A stretch of 37,714 nt of DNA, from the IMG/VR virus record IMGVR_UViG_2526164601_000037; one strand, given 5' to 3'. This document shows positions 9,073 to 18,434 of this stretch, in pieces. Position 1 is the stretch's first letter. Each line of letters begins with the position of its first letter. The stretch is from a virus (taxonomy: Duplodnaviria > Heunggongvirae > Uroviricota > Caudoviricetes). Both the position numbers and the translations under genes were made by a program. Under the pieces are notes generated by a model. The model was not told where the DNA came from, made no database searches, and was given only the letters and a program-made list of their open reading frames with translations.

Positions 9073-10032
9073 ATGAAAATTTGTATCGACGACGGCTCCA
9101 CCAACATCAAGCTGGCATGGACTGAGAACAGCGAACGCCGCAACGCCATCAGCCCGAACAGCTTCAAGTCGGAATGGTCTGCGCCGTTCGGTGGCTCGCA
9201 GCCTGCGAACTACATGCTTGATGGCGTGCGCTATGGTTTTGATCCGGTCAGCGATCGCTTTGTCCAGACGACCGACACGCAATACCAGTACAGCGATGTG
9301 AATGTAATCGCCATTCACCACGCGCTGGTCAAATCAGGCATCACACCACAGGAGGTGGATGTGGTTGTCACCCTGCCACTGAGCGAGTATTTCGACACAA
9401 ACGCACAGCCGGACATGGCCAACATCAACCGCAAAAAAGCGAACGTTATGCGCCCGGTGGAGTACCAGAACGGTGAGGCATTCACTATCCGTAACGTGCG
9501 GGTTATGCCTGAATCCATTCCGGCTGGCTTTAAAGCACTGGCTGACATGAGTCCGTTTGAATCCCTGCTGATTGTGGATTTAGGCGGAACCACGCTGGAT
9601 GTGGCAAAGGTTCAGGGACAACTGGCAGGTATCAGCCAGGTGTTTTGCGATCCACACGTAGGCGTTTCCCTGATGGCCGATGCCGTACTGTCGGTGATGG
9701 CCACTAACGGTATGCGTACCAGTCACCACATCGCCAATACCATTATCGAACATCGCCATGATGAAGCCTGGCTGCGCCAGCACATCCACAATGACGCGCA
9801 TTACAACAGCCTGATGGCGGTTATTCGTGAAAAGGAAGAAACACTGAAACAACGCGTGATCCGCGCGCTGGCGGGTTTTTCGGGTTACGGGCGGGTGATG
9901 GTTGTCGGTGGAGGGGCGGAGATTGTGGCACCCGCTATCCGCGAAGCCTGCGGAGTTAATGCGACTTTCATCGCGGACGGGGTGCCACAGTTTGCTCTGG
10001 TTAATGGGCTGTACGCAATGGACAAGGAGTAA
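9073..10032 (+). CDS. parM: Actin-like segregation ATPase, ParM/StbA family
   Basis: N-terminus MKICIDDGSTNIKLAW and motifs SPNSF, YSDVNVIAIHHAL, VMPESIPAG, LIVDLGGTTLD, VMVVGGGAE match plasmid R1 ParM as recalled; RBS AAGGAAAAG. Confidence 0.9.
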   Translation: MKICIDDGSTNIKLAWTENSERRNAISPNSFKSEWSAPFGGSQPANYMLDGVRYGFDPVSDRFVQTTDTQYQYSDVNVIAIHHALVKSGITPQEVDVVVTLPLSEYFDTNAQPDMANINRKKANVMRPVEYQNGEAFTIRNVRVMPESIPAGFKALADMSPFESLLIVDLGGTTLDVAKVQGQLAGISQVFCDPHVGVSLMADAVLSVMATNGMRTSHHIANTIIEHRHDEAWLRQHIHNDAHYNSLMAVIREKEETLKQRVIRALAGFSGYGRVMVVGGGAEIVAPAIREACGVNATFIADGVPQFALVNGLYAMDKE

Positions 10033-10036
10033 ACCA

Positions 10037-10348
10037 ATGACGACACCAACCAGACGGATAAGTTTCTATCTGAAGCCCGCCGCCGTCAAGAACGAAGGCG
10101 AAGCATGCGCCTGGCTGGACAGCCTTACACCAGAAGCCCGCAAAAGCGGCCAACGCGTGGCTTTTCTGGCCGGGCTGGCACTTCTGAAAATGAATCCGGC
10201 AGAGGCTTACCGACTGGCTGCATGGGCTGACGATGAGGCGTTATCGGTGACACAAACCAGGACAGAACGCCCCGTGTCACAGCCAGTACCAACCGCACAG
10301 ATAACCAGTCAGATGGCAGGGAATATCCGGGCATTATTTCCTGAATGA
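10037..10348 (+). CDS. parR: ParR-like centromere-binding adaptor
   Basis: Immediately downstream of parM with strong RBS AAGGAG; ISFYLKP, AGLALL and C-terminal RALFPE resemble R1 ParR as recalled. Start trimmed to the ATG at 10037. Confidence 0.7.
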   Translation: MTTPTRRISFYLKPAAVKNEGEACAWLDSLTPEARKSGQRVAFLAGLALLKMNPAEAYRLAAWADDEALSVTQTRTERPVSQPVPTAQITSQMAGNIRALFPE

Positions 10349-10408
10349 CGAATTTGACGGCTTTTAATTTTATCGGGGTGCACTGTCGCCCCGCACGAGG
10401 AAAACACG

Positions 10409-10933
10409 ATGAAAAAATACGAATACATGCTAATGAAAGAAGCACTGCGGGCTGGTCTGGCTCCCTGTCCTGTATCCGTAGAAGCTGTTGTTGGGAACAC
10501 GATTTTCCGAACGCTGCGAAATCGCGTATCCGTGAAGATGATTCACCAACCACCCAAATCTACCAGCATGATCTATCTGCCGCTGCCCGAGGCTATCAAA
10601 CTTATGCGTTCGCTGAAATTTGCGATTTGGATGCAGACACAACTCAACAAAGCGGTGCAAAACACCTTCGTTAAGAAACTGATGCCGGAGCTTGCTGCCA
10701 GATGTGCAAAATGTACCAGACCCGCACTTCAATTTGATCTGTCATTGATTCAACAAGCTACGGAGGCAGAACTGTACCGCCTGTCACCTCTCCATGATGC
10801 TCACACGGAAGCCTCAGAAATGTTCCGGCTCATGTTTCAATTTAATTTTGCCGTTCGACGCACACGCATTCAGGTCAATCGCATGATGCAGGCGCAGGAA
10901 GAGCTGACGCAACACAAAGGAGGCAACCAGTGA
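10409..10933 (+). CDS. Hypothetical protein in the A-to-Q cargo region
   Basis: ORF track, 174 aa, RBS GAGG eight nt upstream; no similarity recognised. Confidence 0.55.
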   Translation: MKKYEYMLMKEALRAGLAPCPVSVEAVVGNTIFRTLRNRVSVKMIHQPPKSTSMIYLPLPEAIKLMRSLKFAIWMQTQLNKAVQNTFVKKLMPELAARCAKCTRPALQFDLSLIQQATEAELYRLSPLHDAHTEASEMFRLMFQFNFAVRRTRIQVNRMMQAQEELTQHKGGNQ

Positions 10934-11105
10934 GCAAAATTGACTATCAGGCATTACGCGAGGCGGCACAAAACTATCAATCGACGCTGGCGTGGTATGA
11001 GGTTGACGCGGGCTAGTTTTGCCGCAAGGATAATTCGTTTCAGCGGGTGATTTTTTGCGCTATCATTCCGGCAGTGGTTCACGATTATTGGCAGGAAAGG
11101 CAATT

Positions 11106-11699
11106 ATGAGCAGTAAAAAAAATAAAATAACATCTATGGCCGCAGCGCTGGCGGTGGCTCTCGCCCCTGTTCCTGCCAGTAGCATTGTGCATCATGACTT
11201 ATCAATCTCCCGGCACAGTACGTCTACGCTATCCCTCCAGGACGTAAAGGATTCTGTGGCATACCTTCCTATTGATGAGGCCACCAGTTATATGCTTAAC
11301 CTGGCTGATAGGATGAAGACACACAGGGCAAACCTTCGCATCGAATGGGAAGAAAAGCAGATCCCTATTATTCTGAAAAATCAGAAAAAAGAGACTCAGG
11401 AAGGGTTTGAAAGCCTTTTCCGTCATATTGCGGTATGTGCAAGTTTTGTCGAGGCTGCAAGGGTTGCGCTGAAAAGCGTACCTGAAAGTAACGCGGAACT
11501 GAGAAAAGAGATTGTCGCTTTTGCTCGTTCCGCTGCGACGCTCCGCTATACGATTGAAGATATTTTATCCTTCATTGAAAGCACGCATGTGCCGAAGAAA
11601 ACTTCAGATGCTGATCTGGGTGTTACCGCCGATCAGGTTCGCGCACTTATCCGCAGTGAACATAAAAAGCTGGGCCTTAAAGATCCAACGTTCCATTAA
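11106..11699 (+). CDS. Hypothetical protein upstream of the YafO-like toxin gene; candidate antitoxin or partner, not YafN-like
   Basis: ORF 11055..11699 trimmed to the ATG at 11106 (RBS AGGAAAGG); hydrophobic N-terminal stretch AAALAVALAPVPA; 9-nt gap to the downstream toxin gene. Confidence 0.55.
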   Translation: MSSKKNKITSMAAALAVALAPVPASSIVHHDLSISRHSTSTLSLQDVKDSVAYLPIDEATSYMLNLADRMKTHRANLRIEWEEKQIPIILKNQKKETQEGFESLFRHIAVCASFVEAARVALKSVPESNAELRKEIVAFARSAATLRYTIEDILSFIESTHVPKKTSDADLGVTADQVRALIRSEHKKLGLKDPTFH

Positions 11700-11708
11700 G
11701 GCAGGGCC

Positions 11709-12089
11709 ATGATTAAAGTCTCTGTCCACAATGACATAGAACTCCCCGCAGTTGCTCGTAAATATGCACATGCTTTGCAGTCATGGAAAAACGGCGGATC
11801 TTTACCCTCAGTCTTTGGCAACGAAGGGCAGTGGGAAGATAGCGGGCGTCTTCGTGATTCTTTTGTTTTTAAGATTCACATTCGTTTACCTGATGAACAG
11901 CCGTGGCCTGCAAAGCTACCTGCCGCCTCGCGTAAATCAAACAGTTATCTTGTTTACTCCCGCCATTTCTTATATCCAGATAAGTATCAGCTAATCAGCA
12001 TTATGACACCCAATGCGCATGAGTTAGCCCGTACATCCTACATGGCAGAAATTGAGCGCAGAGCAGAAGAGTTCCAGTCTTCTTTTTGA
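11709..12089 (+). CDS. YafO-family toxin-like protein (ribosome-dependent mRNA interferase family)
   Basis: Segments SWKNGGSLPSVFG, FKIHIRLP, SYLVYSRH, QLISIMTPNAHELAR and MAEIERRAEEF align with E. coli YafO as recalled. Confidence 0.7.
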   Translation: MIKVSVHNDIELPAVARKYAHALQSWKNGGSLPSVFGNEGQWEDSGRLRDSFVFKIHIRLPDEQPWPAKLPAASRKSNSYLVYSRHFLYPDKYQLISIMTPNAHELARTSYMAEIERRAEEFQSSF

Positions 12090-12130
12090 GTTTTGCGACG
12101 ACTATCTATCAATCCCTTACTAATCTGAAA

Positions 12131-12160
12131 AGCTGCCTTTTGAAGGCGGCTTTTCTTTCT
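12131..12160 (+). terminator. Candidate intrinsic terminator after the YafO-like operon
   Basis: Imperfect hairpin AGCTGCC-TTTTGAA-GGCGGCT followed by TTTCTTTCTT. Confidence 0.45.
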
Positions 12161-12180
12161 TCCTGGCCTTCTTTCTCTGT

Positions 12181-12210
12181 TGCACAATAGTGCACAAATT
12201 TGCACAATTT
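12181..12210. repeat. Three helically phased 10-bp direct repeats TGCACAA(N3)
   Basis: tgcacaatag / tgcacaaatt / tgcacaattt at 12181, 12191, 12201; a fourth TGCACAA at 12273..12279; adjacent direct repeat GGATCCGT at 12251..12258 and 12262..12269. Confidence 0.5.
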
Positions 12211-12631
12211 TTTTGAACGACTTTTTACCCTTCCGGCCCGCATGGCGGCTGGATCCGTCAAGGATCCGTGCGTGCACAAAAAAACGCGCTTTTTCTGCGC
12301 GCAGGTGACGGGGGAACAGCCCGCGTTTCAGGGGGTAAATAGCATTCCCTGAACGATGTCGCAGCGACACAACAGAATGGCTGTATTTCTCACACTGAGC
12401 GTGAAAAAGGCGTGAGGGCTTTTGATTTGATGGGGTGACAGATAAGGCCGTCAAAATCGCACTGAGGCGGCAAGAACATGCAGTCAACGCGGTGGGATTG
12501 CGTAAGAGCCTGACCGTCGATGATGGCGATAAGCTGGAAGACGTCGTGAAATTATCTGATTGATACAGGAGCTGGAGAGTCGGGGCATAAATTTTTTATG
12601 CCCCGGCGAAGCAGCAGACAAGCGAAGCGCG

Positions 12632-13678
12632 TCAGGATGTGGGCTGGGTGTCCAGCAGTGCGTAAGGGTTAAAGCGGATCACCTCTTCGCCAAGCCAGTC
12701 ATTGATATGCTTCATGGCCTCCATGACGGGCATCAGCTCGTTAATTGCGTAAACCCGCGCTGCCTTCTCCACATCACCAAACGCACTTTTTTCGCCCGGC
12801 ATCGCCCCCATCAGTTGCGGCGGAACGCGGTGCGCAGCCAGCACATCATCACGGGATGCCGCCTTAACATTCATGAACTCATCCTTTGCGGTGATCTGCT
12901 GGAACGGCAAAATTTGCACACCTTCTTTGCCCCCGTTGGGCGCGTGAATGAGCACGTTTTTAAATGCACCACCACCACGCGCACCCTGTAGCGTTTCCTT
13001 CAGGGAGTCCATGCTTTCGCGGTTTACCTGCGCTGCACCGATGTAGATGATGCACCCGGCGTGGGATCCATTGTCGTAGTACAGTTTTCTGAACATGTCC
13101 GCCGAATGAGACAGGCTGGCCGAGAGTAATGCGCCAAGATATTCCGGCATGCCGTAGATTTCCTGGTTAATATCCGGATTCATCAGGTGGCACACTTTGC
13201 CAGGGCGAAACTGGAACGCGTCCTTGCCATCCTGCACATACCACCATGATTCAAGATCGCTTCCGCGTCGCATGTATTTCGCCAGGGCGTGCCGTAATTT
13301 AAGCGGTTCGCCGAGCATATTGCTTCGAAGCTCAAGGAATGCGTTACCGAACACAAACCAGTCCAGCGCCAGCGCCGAGAAATCCTGCCGGGAAAGCAAC
13401 GGGTGCGGGATGTAGCAACCGAGTAATACATTGCGCTTAAAGTAAAGCGCAGACTGATGCCAGGACGTTTGCCGGGCAGCTCTTGCCAGACCGTACCAGT
13501 CCACCGGGGTTTCATACCACCGCCCGTTATCAGCACAGTACATATTATCCAGCAGGTCATGCCCGGTCAGGCGATAAGGACCATCAAATGTGAATGCACT
13601 GAGCGATGATTCTTTCCTGAGCGCATCAGCGAGATCAATGCGTGAACTCATGCGCACTTTTTTATTTTTTCTGCTCAT
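12632..13678 (-). CDS. Q: Portal protein, P2 gpQ-like
   Basis: ORF track, 348 aa; size and position next to terminase P on the minus strand match the P2 Q-P arrangement. Confidence 0.85.
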   Translation of the reverse strand: MSRKNKKVRMSSRIDLADALRKESSLSAFTFDGPYRLTGHDLLDNMYCADNGRWYETPVDWYGLARAARQTSWHQSALYFKRNVLLGCYIPHPLLSRQDFSALALDWFVFGNAFLELRSNMLGEPLKLRHALAKYMRRGSDLESWWYVQDGKDAFQFRPGKVCHLMNPDINQEIYGMPEYLGALLSASLSHSADMFRKLYYDNGSHAGCIIYIGAAQVNRESMDSLKETLQGARGGGAFKNVLIHAPNGGKEGVQILPFQQITAKDEFMNVKAASRDDVLAAHRVPPQLMGAMPGEKSAFGDVEKAARVYAINELMPVMEAMKHINDWLGEEVIRFNPYALLDTQPTS

Positions 13679-15429
13679 CAGAACTCCATAACCGTGAAAC
13701 GCTCGTTTTCTCCTTCGCCGCCAATCGGTTCGTTAATGACAGCAAGCATGGTTGCCCACGCAAGGTCGCCGTGGCTGATCCCCCTCGCGCGGTCCGTTTC
13801 GTAAGTGATAAAGCCGCCCGGTGTTTTCACCTTACGCACGGCGTTAAAGGCCGCGACCAGCTCGCGTTCGGCGCGATCGTATTCCCACCGCCCGGCACGC
13901 ATTATTTGCAGCATTTTCAGTACCAGCGACCGTTTTGATGACAGCGTGAAGGTGTACGGAATAGCAGCAGGGAAAAACCGTTTCACTATCTGATAAACAG
14001 CCTCCCCGTTCCCACCCGTCACATCAATGCCGATGTGTTCCACGTTGTAGCGATACGTGAACTCTTCAATGACTCTGGCCTGTTCTTCAAACTCCAGCCC
14101 CTGAACGCGTCGCGTCTCCACCGTTCGAAAACGGCCACCAGGAACAGCCGGAGGAACCACCACGGACACAGCGCCGCTGTCGCCGTTGCCACTGCTGCCG
14201 TTTGCGTCATACCCAATCCATACCGGACGATTCCCCATCGGGCGGGGAGCAAAAGGTTTCCAGTCTTTCCAGTCGTCGTATCCGTCAACACCGCAGCCAA
14301 TCAGGATATTCAGGTTAAATGCCGATTCCCCTTCGCGGACAAACTCACACATATAGAGATTGCGGAACTCGTCTTCGGTGTTTTCATCACGAATTTCATC
14401 AATATCGGTGTGTTTCCAGCCGTGATTAACCACATCTTCCAGCGTGACAATTTGCCGCCACGTCCGGTCGGGGCAGATAAGCCCGTTATGCAGCGTTTTC
14501 CAGTCCACAGAAAAACGCTGGCGTTTATGCGCGGCCTTTTTCTCGTTCCAGCGGTCGCCGTTCCAGTAGACGTATGCCTCGTGCGTTTCGGTTGATGGCG
14601 TGGAGAAGTAGGTGCGTCGCAGCCCGCTGAGGGTTGCCATAGCGCCAGCCACCTTGCGCAGTTCAGCAAAGCGACTGACCCAGAAAAATTCATCAAAATA
14701 AAAATTGCCTGTGTAGGACTGTGCCGTCGCAGCAGAAGTGCCGAGAAAATGCAGCTCTGCGCCGTTGGAGAGGATGATTTTATCGCCCCCTTTCAGCTCC
14801 ACATCAACTTCAGATGCAGCCTTCTGAATAATGCTTTTAAACTGGAACGCCTGACGACGCGACGCAGACAAAAAAATCTGGTTACGCTGGTAAGGTTGCG
14901 CCACATCGTCACGCAGCGCCATCAGCAGTGCTTCCTGTGCAAAATACCAGGTCGCCCCAATCTGTCGGGATTTCAGGATCATCCTGTTACGTATCCCGGC
15001 TTCCCTGCAAAGGGTCAGGGAGTCAAACCAGCCCCGCTGATGCCACTCCAGCCTGCTGATGATTTTTTCCCGCAGTGCGGCAATCTGTTCCGGCGTGAAA
15101 TGATTTTTAAGCTTTTTCGCCCGGCCTTTCTTTCCTGTGGCCGTCGCATCCGGCTGGCCATCATGCAGTTTTTTAAGCTGCCGGGTCAGCAGGTCTATTT
15201 CCTTAAAGTCACCGCCTGTTTTATTCTGTTTTTCAGTAAGCTGGATGAGGCGCGCATCGATGGACTGCGTGACACGCTGCACGGGTGGCGTTTCATCCCA
15301 CTGGTCGCGTTTTTTCCACGCATAAATCGTGTTCGGGTTTATTCCCATCAGACGTGATATTTCAGCGGGCGGATAACCCTGCCAGTAAAGTTGTCGCGCA
15401 CGCTGGCGCACAAAAGCGTCCTGAATCAT
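13678..15429 (-). CDS. P: Terminase large (ATPase) subunit, P2 gpP-like
   Basis: ORF track, 583 aa; divergent from the O-N-M-L capsid operon as in P2. Confidence 0.85.
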   Translation of the reverse strand: MIQDAFVRQRARQLYWQGYPPAEISRLMGINPNTIYAWKKRDQWDETPPVQRVTQSIDARLIQLTEKQNKTGGDFKEIDLLTRQLKKLHDGQPDATATGKKGRAKKLKNHFTPEQIAALREKIISRLEWHQRGWFDSLTLCREAGIRNRMILKSRQIGATWYFAQEALLMALRDDVAQPYQRNQIFLSASRRQAFQFKSIIQKAASEVDVELKGGDKIILSNGAELHFLGTSAATAQSYTGNFYFDEFFWVSRFAELRKVAGAMATLSGLRRTYFSTPSTETHEAYVYWNGDRWNEKKAAHKRQRFSVDWKTLHNGLICPDRTWRQIVTLEDVVNHGWKHTDIDEIRDENTEDEFRNLYMCEFVREGESAFNLNILIGCGVDGYDDWKDWKPFAPRPMGNRPVWIGYDANGSSGNGDSGAVSVVVPPAVPGGRFRTVETRRVQGLEFEEQARVIEEFTYRYNVEHIGIDVTGGNGEAVYQIVKRFFPAAIPYTFTLSSKRSLVLKMLQIMRAGRWEYDRAERELVAAFNAVRKVKTPGGFITYETDRARGISHGDLAWATMLAVINEPIGGEGENERFTVMEF

Positions 15430-15583
15430 TGCTCCCCCTGAGTAATTACAGGAAGATTACCCGCGCGCGAAACCGTTCTCCTTAACCCCCTGTTCTGGCC
15501 ATTTTCTTACAACAAAAGCCCTTTGTATCAGCCTGTTACGCTTTGCCATCATGACTGAAGAACCAGTCAGAGGGGCAAAAACT
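15430..15583. promoter_or_regulatory. Divergent late promoter region between P and O
   Basis: Intergenic region between divergently transcribed late operons; no specific activator site could be confirmed by eye. Confidence 0.35.
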
Positions 15584-16420
15584 ATGGCTAATGAAAAAAA
15601 GACATCACGCAAAAAGTTTCGCGTGGCTGTCTCCGGTGTAACGGCAGACGGGCGCGAAATCAACGGCGACATGCTGAAAGCTGCCGCCACCAGTTATAAC
15701 CCGTCCGTTTATGGTGCACGTGTGAATATTGAGCACATCCTGTCACCACTCCCCGGTAGCGAGTTTTCCGCTATGGGCGATGTTGTGGGGTTGAGCACCG
15801 AAGACATAACCGATGGCCCGCTGGCAGGCCGCACGGCACTGTATGCCGAAATTGAGCCGACCGCTCGCATGATGTCCCTGCTTAACGATGGTAAAAAAAT
15901 TTACTCCAGTATTGAGCTGGAACCACAGTCAACCATCACGGGAGGCCCTTACCTGCGCGGGCTGGCAATGACCGACACCCCTGCCAGCCTGGGCACGGAA
16001 CGTCTGGCCTTTGCGGCACAACAACGTATGCAACTGATGACATTCAACTGTCAGCAGGGAGACGTGGCGATGTTTACCGCCGCTATGGAGTCAGAACTTA
16101 TCGAACTCACCGAACAACGTCAGGAAGAAGGCACCCAGTGGTTTAACCGCGTTATGGGGATTATTGGCCGTGGCCGCAAAGCGGATGACGCCAGTTTCTC
16201 CCGTATTCAGGAAGCGGTGGAAGGTGTCGCAACGTCACAGGCCGACATTATCGACCGTTTTAATGCGCTGGAAACCCGCCATCAGCAGGACAGCCAGAAA
16301 ATCACTTTACTGACCACAGAGCTGACAGCACTGAAGGAAAAACTGCGCACGCAGGACGGCGATCCGCAGAACCGGTTCACCGCAACAGGCGCAGCCTCCG
16401 ACCAACTGGCTGACTTCTGA
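15584..16420 (+). CDS. O: Capsid scaffolding protein, P2 gpO-like
   Basis: ORF 15551..16420 trimmed to the ATG at 15584 (RBS GAGGGG); N-terminus resembles P2 O as recalled. Confidence 0.8.
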   Translation: MANEKKTSRKKFRVAVSGVTADGREINGDMLKAAATSYNPSVYGARVNIEHILSPLPGSEFSAMGDVVGLSTEDITDGPLAGRTALYAEIEPTARMMSLLNDGKKIYSSIELEPQSTITGGPYLRGLAMTDTPASLGTERLAFAAQQRMQLMTFNCQQGDVAMFTAAMESELIELTEQRQEEGTQWFNRVMGIIGRGRKADDASFSRIQEAVEGVATSQADIIDRFNALETRHQQDSQKITLLTTELTALKEKLRTQDGDPQNRFTATGAASDQLADF

Positions 16421-16443
16421 TAAGACAAAGGAGCAAAATTTTT

Positions 16444-17496
16444 ATGAATCTGGTGATGTCAGATAATGCCCGTAACAAGCTGGGCTGCTACATGACGCAG
16501 CAGGCGTCGCTTAACAATATCCCGGTTTCTGCGCTGGTATCGCGATTTACCGTCAATCCATCGGTACAACAGCGTTTTGAAAACGCTTCAAAGGAAAGTA
16601 CCGAATTTACGAAAAGAATTAACGTAATCGGTGTAACTGACCAGAAAGGCGAAAAAGTTCTCCTGGACACCACCGGGCCGATTGCGCGCACGAATACCAG
16701 TTATGACGGCACAGATCGCCGTAATCCGATTAACGCTGTCGATATGAAGGCTCGTCAGTACCAGTGTGAACAGGTGAACTACGACACCTTTATTTCGTAT
16801 CCGAAGCTTGATGCCTGGGCGGCTCACAGCGATTTTCAGTCGCGCATCAGCACACAGATTGCCCGGCAGGTGGCGCTTGACCGCATCATGATCGGCTTTA
16901 ACGGCACATCACACGCGGAAAAATCCAATTTCAGCACCAACAAGCTGCTTCAGGACGTTAACGTGGGCTGGCTGGAGCACATCAGAACCGATGCCAGTGA
17001 ACGCGTAATGAATGACGTGACGCTGACTTCCCGCAACATGGACAACACCGTGGCGCACGCGGGTAAGTATGCGAACGCTGATGCACTCGTACAGGACGCG
17101 CGCTCATCCCTGCTGGATGAATGGCACAAGGAAGCAGACGACCTCGTGGTGATTATGGGGCGCAACCTGTTTAACTCGCTGCGTCTGCCCGTTCTGAACA
17201 GCATCAGCGGCCAGAATCCCAATGCGGAATTACTCGCCGGACAGCTCATCCTGTCATCGCGCACCATTGGCGGGCTGGATGTATTCCTTGCGCCGTTCTT
17301 CCCGGATGCAACGATGCTGATTACCTCATTCAACAACCTGTCAATTTACTGGCAGAGAGGCTCAATGCGTCGCCTGATGAAAGACGAGCCGGAATACAAC
17401 CGCATCGCCACTTACCAGTCCATCAATGACGCTTATGTCGTTGAAGACTATGGCAAGTGCGCGATGGTCACTGGCCTGAAGTTCGCCGACAGCTAA
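16444..17496 (+). CDS. N: Major capsid protein, P2 gpN-like
   Basis: ORF track, 350 aa; RBS AAGGAG; position after O. Confidence 0.85.
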   Translation: MNLVMSDNARNKLGCYMTQQASLNNIPVSALVSRFTVNPSVQQRFENASKESTEFTKRINVIGVTDQKGEKVLLDTTGPIARTNTSYDGTDRRNPINAVDMKARQYQCEQVNYDTFISYPKLDAWAAHSDFQSRISTQIARQVALDRIMIGFNGTSHAEKSNFSTNKLLQDVNVGWLEHIRTDASERVMNDVTLTSRNMDNTVAHAGKYANADALVQDARSSLLDEWHKEADDLVVIMGRNLFNSLRLPVLNSISGQNPNAELLAGQLILSSRTIGGLDVFLAPFFPDATMLITSFNNLSIYWQRGSMRRLMKDEPEYNRIATYQSINDAYVVEDYGKCAMVTGLKFADS

Positions 17497-17541
17497 TCAA
17501 CTCACGGCGGGCATCATGCCCGCCTGTAACGGAGAGAAAGA

Positions 17542-18342
17542 ATGATTACCCCTGCACAGCAACACTGGCAGAACGTGATGGCGCAGCGCGCAGGCCGGGC
17601 GAATGAAGGCGTGGATCACGCCGCACGTACCGCGCATGAAGAGGTGCTGTATCGTCTGCGTCTGGCACAGGCCCGACTTAAGGGCGTACAGGCCAGAAGC
17701 GCCAAAGCCGCCATCAAAAAAGAGTTGTTACCGGACTTTTCTGGCTGGATTGAAGGAACGCTGGAGGCTGACGGCGGGCAGCAGGATGAGGTGATTGCCA
17801 CGCTGATGGTGTGGGCGATTGACTGTGGCGATCTTCCGCTGGCCTTGCGTATTGGTGCGTATGTGGTCCGTCACAACCTCATCATGCCGGATAACTTTGG
17901 CCGTACTGCTGCCACAGTGCTGACCGAAGAAATCTGCAACCCGGTACTGACGCAGGCCGGGACGGATGCCGACGCGGATTTGTCCGCCTTTATCGAACCA
18001 CTGGACACCCTCCGGGAGATTGTCACCGACCAGGATATGCCGGACGAAGTACGCGCCAAATTATGCAAGGCGTGCGCCTTTGCCCGCCGTGGCCTGAGCG
18101 ATGCGGACAGCATGGCCCTGTCACTGAAGCTGCTGCGCGAAGCGATGCACCTGAACCCGAACGCAGGTGTGAAACGCGAGATTGCAACCCTTTCCCGCGC
18201 CCTGAAAAAAGCCGATTCCGCAGCCGCCCCAGATGACGCCAGCGCACAGCAGGCGCAGGACGAAAGCAGCAAAAGTAAAAAGACAACGCGGAAGCCTGCA
18301 ACACGAAAAACCACCGCGACGCAGAAGGCGAAGCGCGTTTAA
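17542..18342 (+). CDS. M: Terminase small (endonuclease) subunit, P2 gpM-like
   Basis: ORF track, 266 aa; RBS GGAGAGAAAG; position after N. Confidence 0.8.
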   Translation: MITPAQQHWQNVMAQRAGRANEGVDHAARTAHEEVLYRLRLAQARLKGVQARSAKAAIKKELLPDFSGWIEGTLEADGGQQDEVIATLMVWAIDCGDLPLALRIGAYVVRHNLIMPDNFGRTAATVLTEEICNPVLTQAGTDADADLSAFIEPLDTLREIVTDQDMPDEVRAKLCKACAFARRGLSDADSMALSLKLLREAMHLNPNAGVKREIATLSRALKKADSAAAPDDASAQQAQDESSKSKKTTRKPATRKTTATQKAKRV

Positions 18343-18434
18343 CGACTGACCCCGTCAGCGGGCGGCGTGCACGGTGTTCCGGTTTGACTCCGTGACCGTT
18401 TACACCGCGCACCCACCGCCCGATTTTTTCAGGA

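Noticed and set aside
10930-11016. 28-codon GTG-initiated frame overlapping the stop of the 10409..10933 gene
   Set aside because: Too short and unsupported to call; kept only as a note.
12038-12487. 149-aa minus-strand ORF in the cargo-to-portal intergenic region
   Set aside because: Non-ATG start, no RBS, runs through the terminator and iteron repeats, and has an Arg/Lys-rich translation; more likely non-coding.
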